Assembly (NCBI GenBank): GCA_963668025.2
Contig: CAXXTH010000017.1
Location: forward strand, 64,001 to 128,000
Reading direction: 5' to 3'
Source: Candidatus Hydrogenedentota bacterium
GTDB lineage: Bacteria > Hydrogenedentota > Hydrogenedentia > Hydrogenedentales > SLHB01
Length of the DNA stretch: 64,000 nt
The notes beneath the pieces were generated by a model that was not told the origin of the DNA, ran no database searches, and saw only the letters and a list, made by a program, of their open reading frames with translations. Position 1 is the first letter of the stretch. Every line of letters starts with the position of its first letter. The position numbers and the translations under genes were made by a program. Below are positions 19,588 through 28,306 of this stretch, one piece after another.

Positions 19588-19767
19588 TTTTTTAGACATG
19601 ATTTACAAGATGAACAAGATTTCTGAAGATGGGAATCTTAGAAATGATATGGAGATAAGTGTTAGATAAAACATACAGTATGAATAATAAAATATGGACT
19701 AATGAGGATGCTGCAAGTAAAAATCTTAGATTTATCTTGTCCATCTTGTAAATCATGTCTAAAAAAA
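19588..19767. repeat. Inverted-repeat unit 2 (R3/R4) downstream of the GxxExxY gene
   Basis: R3 is TTTTTTAGACATGATTTACAAGATGAACAAGAT (19588-19620). R4 is ATCTTGTCCATCTTGTAAATCATGTCTAAAAAAA (19734-19767). Confidence 0.92.
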
Positions 19768-19791
19768 TGTTCAACCATATAGGTTAAGCCA

Positions 19792-21111
19792 ATGAGTCAA
19801 ACGGAAGTATCGAAAAGTGGTTATACCAACGCCCTAGATGCCGCGGTGTCGTTCGAGGCCCCCGAGTGGGCGCAATCGTTTCGCGCACAGTCACGCAAGC
19901 GGTTCGATTCGCTCGAATGGCCCCACCACAAGCTCGAGGCGTGGCGTTTCACCAATGTGAATCCCATTGTGCGCACGCCGTTTCAATCGCTTCTTGAGCC
20001 TACCGCGCACAAACTGTCACGCGCGGATATCGCCCCGTGGCTGTTCGGCGAAGCGGACTGGACGGAGCTGGTGTTCGTGGACGGGTTTTACGCCCCCGAG
20101 CTGTCACGCATACCGGATACGGCGAAAGGTTTGCGCGTATCTTCGCTCCGCCAGGCCCTATCAACAGACAGCTCGCTGGCGCGCGGGCAATTGGGCGTAT
20201 GCCTCAATTGCGGTGCAGGCGTGTTCGCCGCGCTAAATGGCGCGTTCACCCTGGATGGGGCTGTCGTGCATATCGAGCCGCATGCATCCATCGCGGTGCC
20301 CGTGCATGTGCTGTACATCAGCATGGGGCGCGATGAACCTACGGCCCGCCATCCGCGCAATCTGGTGCTGGCCGATGAAGACAGCGAGGCCACGCTCATC
20401 GAGCATTATGTAGACCTAAACTCGGGCCAGCCCTATTTTAACAATGCGGCAAGCGAACTCCAGTTGGCGGACTCGGCGCGATTGTGTTATGCCAAGCTGC
20501 TCGAGGAGGGCCCGCAAGGGTATCATATGGCCACGACGGCGGTGCGCCAGGCGCGTTCGAGCGTGTTTACGGCATTTTCGTTCGCTTTGGGCGGCCAAAT
20601 CACCCGCAACGAAATATCCGTCCGCCTCGAAGGCGAGGGCGCGGAATGCGGCCTTCATGGCTTATACTTGGCCGATGAAGGCCAGCTCGTGGACCATGCG
20701 CTCTCCATCGAACACTTGGCTCCCCGATGTACGAGCCGCATCCACTGCAAAGGCGTGCTCGATGGCAAGAGCCATGCGGTCTTTAGCGGGCGCGTTTACG
20801 TCCATCGCGGCGCACAGAAGACGGACTCGAAGCAGCTCAATCAAAATCTGCTTCGCTCCGACAAAGCCATGGTGGACACGAAGCCGTTGCTCGAAATTTT
20901 CGCGGATGACGTGCAATGCACCCACGGGGCCACCGTGGGCCAGCCGCCAGACGAACAGATCTTCTACTTCCAGACACGCGGCATGAGCCGCGCCATGGCC
21001 ATCGGCATGCTGGCTTATGGTTTCGCCGATGAGGTGGTCCAGGAAGCGCCTATTGCGCGCCTGCGGGAACGCCTGGATAAGCATGTGTTTGACAAATATA
21101 GCCCGAAATGA
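19792..21111 (+). CDS. sufD: Fe-S cluster assembly protein SufD
   Basis: Motifs EAWRFTN, KGVLDG, AQKTD and TKPLLEIFADDVQCTHGATVG. Confidence 0.95.
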   Translation: MSQTEVSKSGYTNALDAAVSFEAPEWAQSFRAQSRKRFDSLEWPHHKLEAWRFTNVNPIVRTPFQSLLEPTAHKLSRADIAPWLFGEADWTELVFVDGFYAPELSRIPDTAKGLRVSSLRQALSTDSSLARGQLGVCLNCGAGVFAALNGAFTLDGAVVHIEPHASIAVPVHVLYISMGRDEPTARHPRNLVLADEDSEATLIEHYVDLNSGQPYFNNAASELQLADSARLCYAKLLEEGPQGYHMATTAVRQARSSVFTAFSFALGGQITRNEISVRLEGEGAECGLHGLYLADEGQLVDHALSIEHLAPRCTSRIHCKGVLDGKSHAVFSGRVYVHRGAQKTDSKQLNQNLLRSDKAMVDTKPLLEIFADDVQCTHGATVGQPPDEQIFYFQTRGMSRAMAIGMLAYGFADEVVQEAPIARLRERLDKHVFDKYSPK

Positions 21112-21117
21112 GGCAGG

Positions 21118-22395
21118 ATGATGGGCGTGATTATAGAAACAAAAAAACAGACTATTCCCCGGCCGCGCTCCCTCTCGGAAGCGGATGTCGAACGCATCCG
21201 GTCGGAATTCCCTATATTGGGATACCTCAAGGACGGCAAGCCGATCATTTATCTCGACAACGCCGCCACGAGCCAGAAACCCCATCGGGTGCTCTGCGCC
21301 CTAGATAAATACTATCGGACGCAGAACGCCAATGTACACCGGGGCGTGCATTTTTTGAGCAGCATCGCCACGGACGCCTATGAATGCGCGCGGAAAAAAG
21401 TCGAGCGGTTTATCAATGCGCGGCTTTCCTGCGAGATTATTTTCACGCGAGGCACGACCGAGGGCATCAATCTGGTCGCCCATAGCTTTGGGCGCAAGCA
21501 CGTGGGGCCAGGAGATGAAGTGCTCATTTCCTATATGGAGCACCACTCGAACATCGTGCCGTGGCAGATCCTGTGCGAACAGCAAGGTGCGAAACTGCGC
21601 GTGATCCCCATGACGCCGCAAGGCGAACTCATCATGGAGGAATACGAACGCCTGCTGAATCCCCGCACGAAAATCGTGGCGGTGACGCACGTATCGAACG
21701 CCCTCGGCACGATCAACCCGATAAAAGAGATGGTGCGCATGGCGCATGCCCAAGGCGTTCCATTCCTTGTCGATGGCGCGCAATCCACGCCCCATCTCCC
21801 GATAGACGTGCAGGATTTGGGTTGCGATTTCTTTGCCCTATCAGGCCACAAGATGTGCGGCCCCACGGGCATTGGCGTTCTTTATGGCCGCGCGGAACAC
21901 CTCGAAACGATGCCGCCTTATCAAAGCGGCGGCGACATGATCTTGTCCGTGAGTTTCGAGAAGACCATCTACAACTCCTTGCCCTTTAAATTTGAGGCCG
22001 GCACACCTGATATTTCGGGCGCTATCGGCCTTGGCGCGGCTATCGAATATTTGAACAGCATCGGCATGGACCGCATCGCCGCATACGAAGAAGAATTGGT
22101 GCGCTACGGGACCGAGCTGCTGTCCTCGATAGAGGGCGTCCATTTGATTGGAACCGCCGCGCACAAAGCGGGCGTGCTTTCGTTTGTGATGGACGCGGCC
22201 CATCCCCATGACATCGGCCAGATATTGGACGATGAAGCCATCGCCGTACGTGCGGGCCACCATTGCGCCCAGCCCGTCATGGAATTTTACGGCGTGCCCG
22301 CCACCGCGCGCGCGTCGCTGGCCTTTTACAACACCAAACAGGAGCTTGACGCCCTGGCCGCGGGGCTTCAGAAAGTGAAAGAGATTTTCGACTGA
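21118..22395 (+). CDS. sufS: Cysteine desulfurase SufS
   Basis: Motifs YLDNAATSQKP, MEHHSN, SGHKMCGPTG and RAGHHCAQP. Confidence 0.96.
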   Translation: MMGVIIETKKQTIPRPRSLSEADVERIRSEFPILGYLKDGKPIIYLDNAATSQKPHRVLCALDKYYRTQNANVHRGVHFLSSIATDAYECARKKVERFINARLSCEIIFTRGTTEGINLVAHSFGRKHVGPGDEVLISYMEHHSNIVPWQILCEQQGAKLRVIPMTPQGELIMEEYERLLNPRTKIVAVTHVSNALGTINPIKEMVRMAHAQGVPFLVDGAQSTPHLPIDVQDLGCDFFALSGHKMCGPTGIGVLYGRAEHLETMPPYQSGGDMILSVSFEKTIYNSLPFKFEAGTPDISGAIGLGAAIEYLNSIGMDRIAAYEEELVRYGTELLSSIEGVHLIGTAAHKAGVLSFVMDAAHPHDIGQILDDEAIAVRAGHHCAQPVMEFYGVPATARASLAFYNTKQELDALAAGLQKVKEIFD

Positions 22396-22850
22396 TGAGC
22401 AGCAACCGGGCACTATACGAACAGGTCATCCTCGAGCACAATAAGAAGCCGCGCAATTTCCGCGAGATGCCTGAGGCGACCTGTAAAGCCAAAGGGCTAA
22501 ACCCGCTGTGCGGGGATCATTTCACGATCTACCTCAAGCTCAATGGTGATGTGATTGAGGACGTGAGCTTCCATGGCGCGGGATGCGCCATCTCGAAATC
22601 CTCCGCGTCCGTCATGACCACCCTGCTCAAAGGAAAGACCAAGGCGGAGGCGGAAGCCCTGTTCGTCAAGTTCCATTCCATGATCACCGCCAATCCCGAA
22701 GACATCATCGACGAAGAAAAACTCGGCCGCATAGCCGCCTTCGCGGGGGTCCGCGAGTTTCCCGTGCGCATCAAATGCGCCACCCTCGCCTGGCACGCCA
22801 TGCTCTCCGCCATTGATGGCAAAGGCGAGGAATCCACCAGCACGGAGTAG
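22395..22850 (+). CDS. sufU: SufU (IscU/NifU-N-like) sulfur transfer protein
   Basis: Motifs NPLCGD, GCAISKSSAS and RIKCATLAWH. Confidence 0.93.
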   Translation: MSSNRALYEQVILEHNKKPRNFREMPEATCKAKGLNPLCGDHFTIYLKLNGDVIEDVSFHGAGCAISKSSASVMTTLLKGKTKAEAEALFVKFHSMITANPEDIIDEEKLGRIAAFAGVREFPVRIKCATLAWHAMLSAIDGKGEESTSTE

Positions 22851-22995
22851 ATGATTTGCGACAAGGTCCACACAGAGATGCAGACCTTTAGGAGGTATAG
22901 TAAGCCCGTGACTAGTTATGTATTTATCTAGTAAATTTGGCCGTTCTTGTTGGGGGACCGAATTGGGCTATCCACCGAAAGACGCGGGGGCTAAC

Positions 22996-23643
22996 ATGCA
23001 AAATGTATCCAGAGATATTATAGAAATTCTGCAGTATCTTCTGCCTGGGTTCGTTTGCGCATGGGTCTATTATGGTCTGACTTCACATAAAAAACCTTCT
23101 GAATTTGAGCGTGTAGTGCAAGCATTGATCTTTACTTTAATGATTCAGTCTTTGGTTTTTATAGAATCAATGGCGCTTTTCTGCATCGGGAAGCACACTA
23201 TCATTCTTGGTTCTTGGAGTACGAAAGTAGAATTGGTGAATGTGACAGTATTAGCCATAGTGTTCGGGGGAACGATGGCTTTCTTTGTCAATAATGACAT
23301 TCTACACGGAATCGCGCGGAAACTCCGAGTTACCCAAGAGACATCATTCCCCTCCAACTGGTTCCACGCGTTCTGCACTCACAGAACACCATATATTGTA
23401 CTTCATTTGGTTGACGAAAGGCGTGTATATGGACTGCCATATGAATGGCCATCGGATCCAGCAGAAGGCCATTTCGTTATAACAAATCCTTTTTGGTTAA
23501 CCGACAATACGGATCTAATCGATGGTAAGGAAGATAGAAGTGAAATGAGAAAGATGTCTGGTGTAGAATCGATATTGATAAACGTCAAAGACGTGAAATG
23601 GGTAGAGTTCATGGAAGCTACGGAGAGTAACAATGGGACATAA
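22996..23643 (+). CDS. DUF6338-like membrane protein, AT-rich accessory gene
   Basis: YLLPGF, three TM helices, then 'W...F....YIVLHLVDERRVYG...EWPSDP..GHF'. Confidence 0.72.
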   Translation: MQNVSRDIIEILQYLLPGFVCAWVYYGLTSHKKPSEFERVVQALIFTLMIQSLVFIESMALFCIGKHTIILGSWSTKVELVNVTVLAIVFGGTMAFFVNNDILHGIARKLRVTQETSFPSNWFHAFCTHRTPYIVLHLVDERRVYGLPYEWPSDPAEGHFVITNPFWLTDNTDLIDGKEDRSEMRKMSGVESILINVKDVKWVEFMEATESNNGT

Positions 23644-23755
23644 GGTGCCGAACAAATTGCCGGGCAGAGGACTCAATGAAGGGATCAATGTCCCTTCCGC
23701 CCCTCCCCCTCCGCCGCCGCCGCCTCCGCCTCCTGCACCGCCCCAAAAGGGTTGA
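23633..23755 (+). CDS. 40-aa poly-proline peptide (not in the ORF track)
   Basis: MGHKVPNKLPGRGLNEGINVPSAPPPPPPPPPPPAPPQKG. GGAG-type RBS, overlap with the upstream stop, and mixed Pro codons. Confidence 0.6.
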   Translation: MGHKVPNKLPGRGLNEGINVPSAPPPPPPPPPPPAPPQKG

Positions 23756-24052
23756 GTCGGTTCAGAATCAGACTCACAAAAGGGTAAGATGCTCCAGAAG
23801 ATGGGAATTGTTATGCCTATTTTACTTCTGTAAGTAAGTCAATATACGAAGATGGACAAACGGCGTACATGCTATATTGCTCAAAAAAGAATACTCATTG
23901 TAGTTGATAGTACCTATCAACCAGCATATCGAGTCAGCATCCCGTCTTTTCCTTTTTTGACGTAGCCTTTCGCGGATGCTAGCATGGCTCCTCGCGCGTG
24001 GTAGCGTACAATTTATCAAACGATATCTGAAGAGCCATAAGGACTTATCGTC

Positions 24053-25114
24053 ATGACGACTGCCACGGCCATCCAGCAGGCGGCGACCCTCGAGGAAACG
24101 CGGGCGCTGATGATTGCTAAACTAAACCGCTTCATGCCGGAAGCGGAGATTACGCTCAAGGCTGAACTGGCCTTCGAGATCAACCGCCTCAAACGGGAAC
24201 GCAACGCGGTGATCCTCGGCCACAATTACATGGAGCCCGCGCTGTATGCGTCCGTGCCGGATTATATGGGCGATTCCCTCGAATTATCGCGCATTTCCGC
24301 GTCCACTAGCGCTGATATCATCGTATTCTGCGGTGTCCAGTTCATGGCCGAAACCGCCAAAGTGCTCAGCCCCGGGAAGACCGTCCTCATTCCCGCCGAG
24401 AAGGCGGGCTGCTCGCTGGCGGAAGGCATTAGCGTCGAAGAGGTGCGCACGCTCAAGCAGCGGTATCCGGGAGCGCCGGTGGTCAGCTACGTAAACACCT
24501 ATGCCGATGTGAAAGCCGAATCCGATTATTGCTGCACCTCGGGCAATGCGGGCGCGGTGGTCCGCCATCTGCTTGATAAGGGGCATCAACACATCATCTT
24601 CCTGCCCGACGAATATCTCGCGCGCAATACGGCTCTCGAACTGGGCATTGCATTCGTGCAAGGCTGGGCGGGCGAAGCTGTCGGCGCGGAACGCGCCATC
24701 ATTGGCTGGAACGCCCACTGTGAAGTCCACGAATTGTTCACGGTGGATGATGTCCGCACGGTGCGCCGCCAATTCCCCGAGGTGACCATTCTCGCCCATC
24801 CCGAGTGCAAGCCGGAAGTAATTGCCGAAGTGGATGTCTCCGGCAGCACGAAGAAAATGCTCGAATATATCCGGCAATCGGACGCCCAGCAATTCATGCT
24901 GCTCACGGAATGCAGCATGGGCGACAACATCGCCGCCGAGAGTCCGGACAAAGACATGCTGCGCTTGTGCAGCCATCGCTGCCCGTACATGGCGCTTATT
25001 ACGCTCGAAGACACCCTGGATGCACTGCGGAATACGCAGTACCAAATCGAGCTGCCCAGCGCGATCATCGAGCGCGCCCGCAAGCCGATTGACCGCATGC
25101 TATCGATTGGCTGA
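24053..25114 (+). CDS. nadA: Quinolinate synthase
   Basis: Motifs ILGHNY, GDSL, FCGVQFMAE, AGCSLA, YVNT, CTSGNA, CEVH, AHPEC and CPYM. Confidence 0.95.
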   Translation: MTTATAIQQAATLEETRALMIAKLNRFMPEAEITLKAELAFEINRLKRERNAVILGHNYMEPALYASVPDYMGDSLELSRISASTSADIIVFCGVQFMAETAKVLSPGKTVLIPAEKAGCSLAEGISVEEVRTLKQRYPGAPVVSYVNTYADVKAESDYCCTSGNAGAVVRHLLDKGHQHIIFLPDEYLARNTALELGIAFVQGWAGEAVGAERAIIGWNAHCEVHELFTVDDVRTVRRQFPEVTILAHPECKPEVIAEVDVSGSTKKMLEYIRQSDAQQFMLLTECSMGDNIAAESPDKDMLRLCSHRCPYMALITLEDTLDALRNTQYQIELPSAIIERARKPIDRMLSIG

Positions 25115-25123
25115 AAACGGCGG

Positions 25124-25948
25124 TCATGCGTTCTCGGATGCGTCCCACGCGGCGGGATCGAGCTGGTAATACGCGCGGAGGCCCGCATACACCTTGGGAT
25201 GCTCCGCGCGGAGCAGGCGCGGTTTCTCGAAGAAGGCCTCGGTGGATACCGCGATGAACTCGGCGGGATCCGTGGCGGCGTATGCGTCCAGCATCTCGTG
25301 GGAAAACCGCCCGGCGTGCGTGCAGAAAGCCTCGTACTCGTTCCGCATGCGTTTCGCCCATTCGCCCAAAGGGCCATCTTCTTCGAATAGCGAAGCGCCC
25401 GTTTCCTCATCGAGCTGGTGGGCGAATTCATGCAGCGCGACATTGGTTCCATCCTGAATAGTGGTGTTGGTGCGTTGCACCTCGTCCCATGCCATCACCA
25501 CCGCGCCACTCCGCCAGGATTCGCCCAAGATCTCCTCGTCTCCATCTTCATGCATACCCGCCAGGCCTGCGGTGCGCTCCGCGAAGGCATGTGGATATAC
25601 CAGAATCGAATATAAGCCAGGGTAATCTGTTGGCTCGCGGTTGAGTTCGAGCAGGCAGGCATGGGCGGCGATGGTCACGCGGCTTTCGTCCGTGAGGGTG
25701 AATCCGCCGCAGCCTTCAAACGATTTCCCGGCAAGAAAAAGCAGTATCCGCTGATGCAGGCGTGGACGCAGTTCCGCTGGCATGCACGCATACGCCGTCA
25801 GGTTGCGCTCCAGGATGGCCTCCCACTCGAGTGGGAAAGGAGCGCCGAACGCCCGCTTCCGCGCCTTTCTGCGTTTCAACCATTCAGTAAGCAGGATATA
25901 CGCCATCCATCCCACAAGCAGTACAAAAGCGGAGAATACAAAAAGCAC
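25124..25948 (-). CDS. M90 family zinc peptidase (MtfA-like)
   Basis: Motifs FEGCGG, ILVYP, GESW, NVALHEFAHQLD, YAATDPAEF and FFEKP. Confidence 0.9.
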   Translation of the reverse strand: MLFVFSAFVLLVGWMAYILLTEWLKRRKARKRAFGAPFPLEWEAILERNLTAYACMPAELRPRLHQRILLFLAGKSFEGCGGFTLTDESRVTIAAHACLLELNREPTDYPGLYSILVYPHAFAERTAGLAGMHEDGDEEILGESWRSGAVVMAWDEVQRTNTTIQDGTNVALHEFAHQLDEETGASLFEEDGPLGEWAKRMRNEYEAFCTHAGRFSHEMLDAYAATDPAEFIAVSTEAFFEKPRLLRAEHPKVYAGLRAYYQLDPAAWDASENA

Positions 25949-26025
25949 GACGCGTTCTCCCTACATGTCAACAAGCTGGCTGCTTGTATGTTCATGTATG
26001 TTCTCGAGAATTTCATCTCGGGCGC

Positions 26026-26637
26026 TTACAGTAATCCAACGCAAAGCGCCGTGGCTAACGCGGCCACTTCATCCGTGCTATAGACGCCGCCTATCGCTTT
26101 ATCGTAAAGCAGATCCATGGTGGCGGGGAATTCCTCGTCGCCGCTCCGGTACACAAGCGTGACATCGATTCGCCCGATGGCGTGGATGCGCGCGCTGGCG
26201 TCGCCTATATCGTGAGGCTCATGGGGATAACGCGCTAAAGCCTCCCGTAGGCGTTCCGTGTCGTTTCCATATGTCTTCAACAACATTTCCGTGGTGCGCT
26301 GGGCGAGGGCGGAAACGTAAAACAATCCGCCGGGCAAATCACGGAAGGTGATGTCCTCATCCAAGGGGCGCACTTCCCGCTCCGTTTCGAGATAACGTAA
26401 AATCAAGTATGCCGTGGTGGCCGAGACTTTTTTCCCGTCGTCCGCCGTGATATCGAGCGAACCGGGAGCAACGTGCAGTTTCCGGCCCAGAAAAACGGCC
26501 TCGATGCGGCCATTCGCATCGAGCACTAATCCGCCACGTGCCGCCGCGCGGGGCAAATCCACGTTAGCCATGCGCTCGCGCAGCCGTTCGAGGGCCTCCT
26601 GCTTAGCCTCCGCCTGGTAATTGGGGGGATGATTCAT
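26026..26637 (-). CDS. DUF3786-like protein
   Basis: Motifs LILRYL, ITFRDLPGG..Y and GDEEFP. ATGA overlap with the upstream gene. Confidence 0.75.
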   Translation of the reverse strand: MNHPPNYQAEAKQEALERLRERMANVDLPRAAARGGLVLDANGRIEAVFLGRKLHVAPGSLDITADDGKKVSATTAYLILRYLETEREVRPLDEDITFRDLPGGLFYVSALAQRTTEMLLKTYGNDTERLREALARYPHEPHDIGDASARIHAIGRIDVTLVYRSGDEEFPATMDLLYDKAIGGVYSTDEVAALATALCVGLL

Positions 26638-27329
26638 GAGTTTTCCTTGTCTATTAAGTGATTGCACCGGATTTCCCGTTCCGCCAAGGCGCGGCCCGCG
26701 CCCGTGTGAAAAGCTTGGCGCGCCCACGCCGCGCCGTCGGCCTCCAGTGTTTCGCTTCCTTCCATCAGCCGCGCCAGGCGGGCGGCGTCGGACACAATAC
26801 TGGCCTCCGGGGTCTCCGGTGCGTTGTTGCGGCATGCGGCCAGCGTGTCCCGGATGGCCTCGGCCAATCCGGTCTCGGCGCGCTGGCGTTCCAGGATGCG
26901 CCCGGCGCGGCATCCTTCTGGCTCATCCAACTCGAGCAACACCGCCGCTGATTTCACCACCGGCGCGTTGCCTCCCTCGATGGCTAGAATCTCTTCCGCG
27001 CGGTCGAGGGTATTCAGGGCGCGTTCGATACGGCGGCGGTCATCGCCGAGTGCGGTCTTCATCTCGACGATCAGCCGATCCCGAAGCGAACCGTCTTCGC
27101 TGTCCTTTTGCGCAAGCGCGCCGAGGCATTCCTTGGCCGACTTGCACCACTTCGCGCAGCCCAGGTCGAGGCGCGGATTGCGCACGGAATGGCCGCAGCC
27201 GCGGCAGGTGTGCGCGGGCTCATCCTTCCAGAATTCGATTTCGGCGGCGCACCATGGGCATGCCATGAGGAATATATCTTCAGGTTTCCAGTTGCGTTGG
27301 TCCTGTCCAGGACATCGAAGATGAGGCAT
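26634..27329 (-). CDS. Cys-rich (Zn/Fe-binding) protein with a degenerate HD-like domain
   Basis: CPGQD...CPWC..EIEFWKDE...CRGC...NPRLDLGCAKWCKSAKEC followed by a helical domain. Confidence 0.75.
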   Translation of the reverse strand: MPHLRCPGQDQRNWKPEDIFLMACPWCAAEIEFWKDEPAHTCRGCGHSVRNPRLDLGCAKWCKSAKECLGALAQKDSEDGSLRDRLIVEMKTALGDDRRRIERALNTLDRAEEILAIEGGNAPVVKSAAVLLELDEPEGCRAGRILERQRAETGLAEAIRDTLAACRNNAPETPEASIVSDAARLARLMEGSETLEADGAAWARQAFHTGAGRALAEREIRCNHLIDKENS

Positions 27330-27407
27330 GGCGCTCTCCTTATTGTGCCTATGCAATTCCGTTTTTTTCACTACAAGACACAAAGGAAAACACCATTTTT
27401 TCTCTAC

Positions 27408-28202
27408 CTATGCCGCGCCGGGCAGGATGGACTCGAACGTCTTGCCGAATATCCACTCCATCTGTTCGGGGGTGAAACCATGTTTCTCGAAGATCCGCTT
27501 GCTCAGTTCATACGTGGGCTTGAGGGGCAGTTGGGGGTGGTCCGACCCAAACATGATGCGCTTTGGCCCGAGTTTCTTGAGGACGAACATAAATTGCTCC
27601 TCGAAAGGCGTCTCGAAGAAATACGTGAGCGCGGCGGAGACATCCAGGTAGACGCGGTCGTTGGCGGTGGCCACGGCGAGGGCGTCGAGGTAACGGAAGC
27701 CGCCCGAGTGGGTCATGATGATCTTCGCCTGGGGCACGCGCTTGCAGAGGACATCGATATTCATGGGCATTTGCACGGCGAGAGGCGTGGGTTTCCAGAG
27801 ATAGGCGTCCACGGCCACGGGCAAATCGAGTTCGGCGGCTTTCTCGACCAGGGGCACGATGCGCGGATCCGCGGCGGAAACGCCTTGGAATCGGGGATGG
27901 AGTTTGAGGCCCTGGAGATTATAGCGGTGCACATCTTCTTCGAGGCGTTTAGGCGCTTCAGGTTCGAGGGGGTGTATGGCCGCAAATCCGATGAATTTAT
28001 CCGGGTGTTTGGCGCAGCATTCGGCCACGAAGGCGTTCTCAACACTTTTGATATAGGGCACATCCACCGCTTCACCGAGAAGCACGGCCTTGTCGACCTC
28101 GCACGATGCAAGGTTTTCCAGCATGAATTCGAGGGTGGCGTCATAGCGGCTGCCCATGCCGTCGCGGTCGGGGTGGACGTGGGTGTGTACATCAATGATC
28201 AT
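27408..28202 (-). CDS. Amidohydrolase_2 family metal-dependent hydrolase
   Basis: Motifs IIDVHTH, GLKLHP, THSGG and FGSDHP. Confidence 0.92.
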   Translation of the reverse strand: MIIDVHTHVHPDRDGMGSRYDATLEFMLENLASCEVDKAVLLGEAVDVPYIKSVENAFVAECCAKHPDKFIGFAAIHPLEPEAPKRLEEDVHRYNLQGLKLHPRFQGVSAADPRIVPLVEKAAELDLPVAVDAYLWKPTPLAVQMPMNIDVLCKRVPQAKIIMTHSGGFRYLDALAVATANDRVYLDVSAALTYFFETPFEEQFMFVLKKLGPKRIMFGSDHPQLPLKPTYELSKRIFEKHGFTPEQMEWIFGKTFESILPGAA

Positions 28203-28235
28203 GGCGTGAATCCTTCGCGTTTGTTGGCTCAATTA

Positions 28236-28293
28236 TGGCCACAAAAAGCGCAAGCGACACAAAATCTTGTGCGTTTTGCGCTTCTTGTGGCCA
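28236..28293. repeat. Intergenic palindrome with 9-mer-periodic arms
   Basis: TGGCCACAAAAAGCGCAAGCGACACAA-AATC-TTGTGCGTTTTGCGCTTCTTGTGGCCA. A half copy lies at 13009-13038. Confidence 0.75.
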
Positions 28294-28306
28294 AAAAATA
28301 TTCCCT

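Noticed and set aside
19038-19767. Four ~33-bp repeats as a CRISPR array
   Set aside because: The repeats alternate in orientation, the spacers are long and unequal, a gene lies between them, and no cas genes are present.
22860-24050. Integron cassette origin for the DUF6338-like gene
   Set aside because: I could not identify an attC-like RYYYAAC...GTTRRRY palindrome, and no integrase is present.
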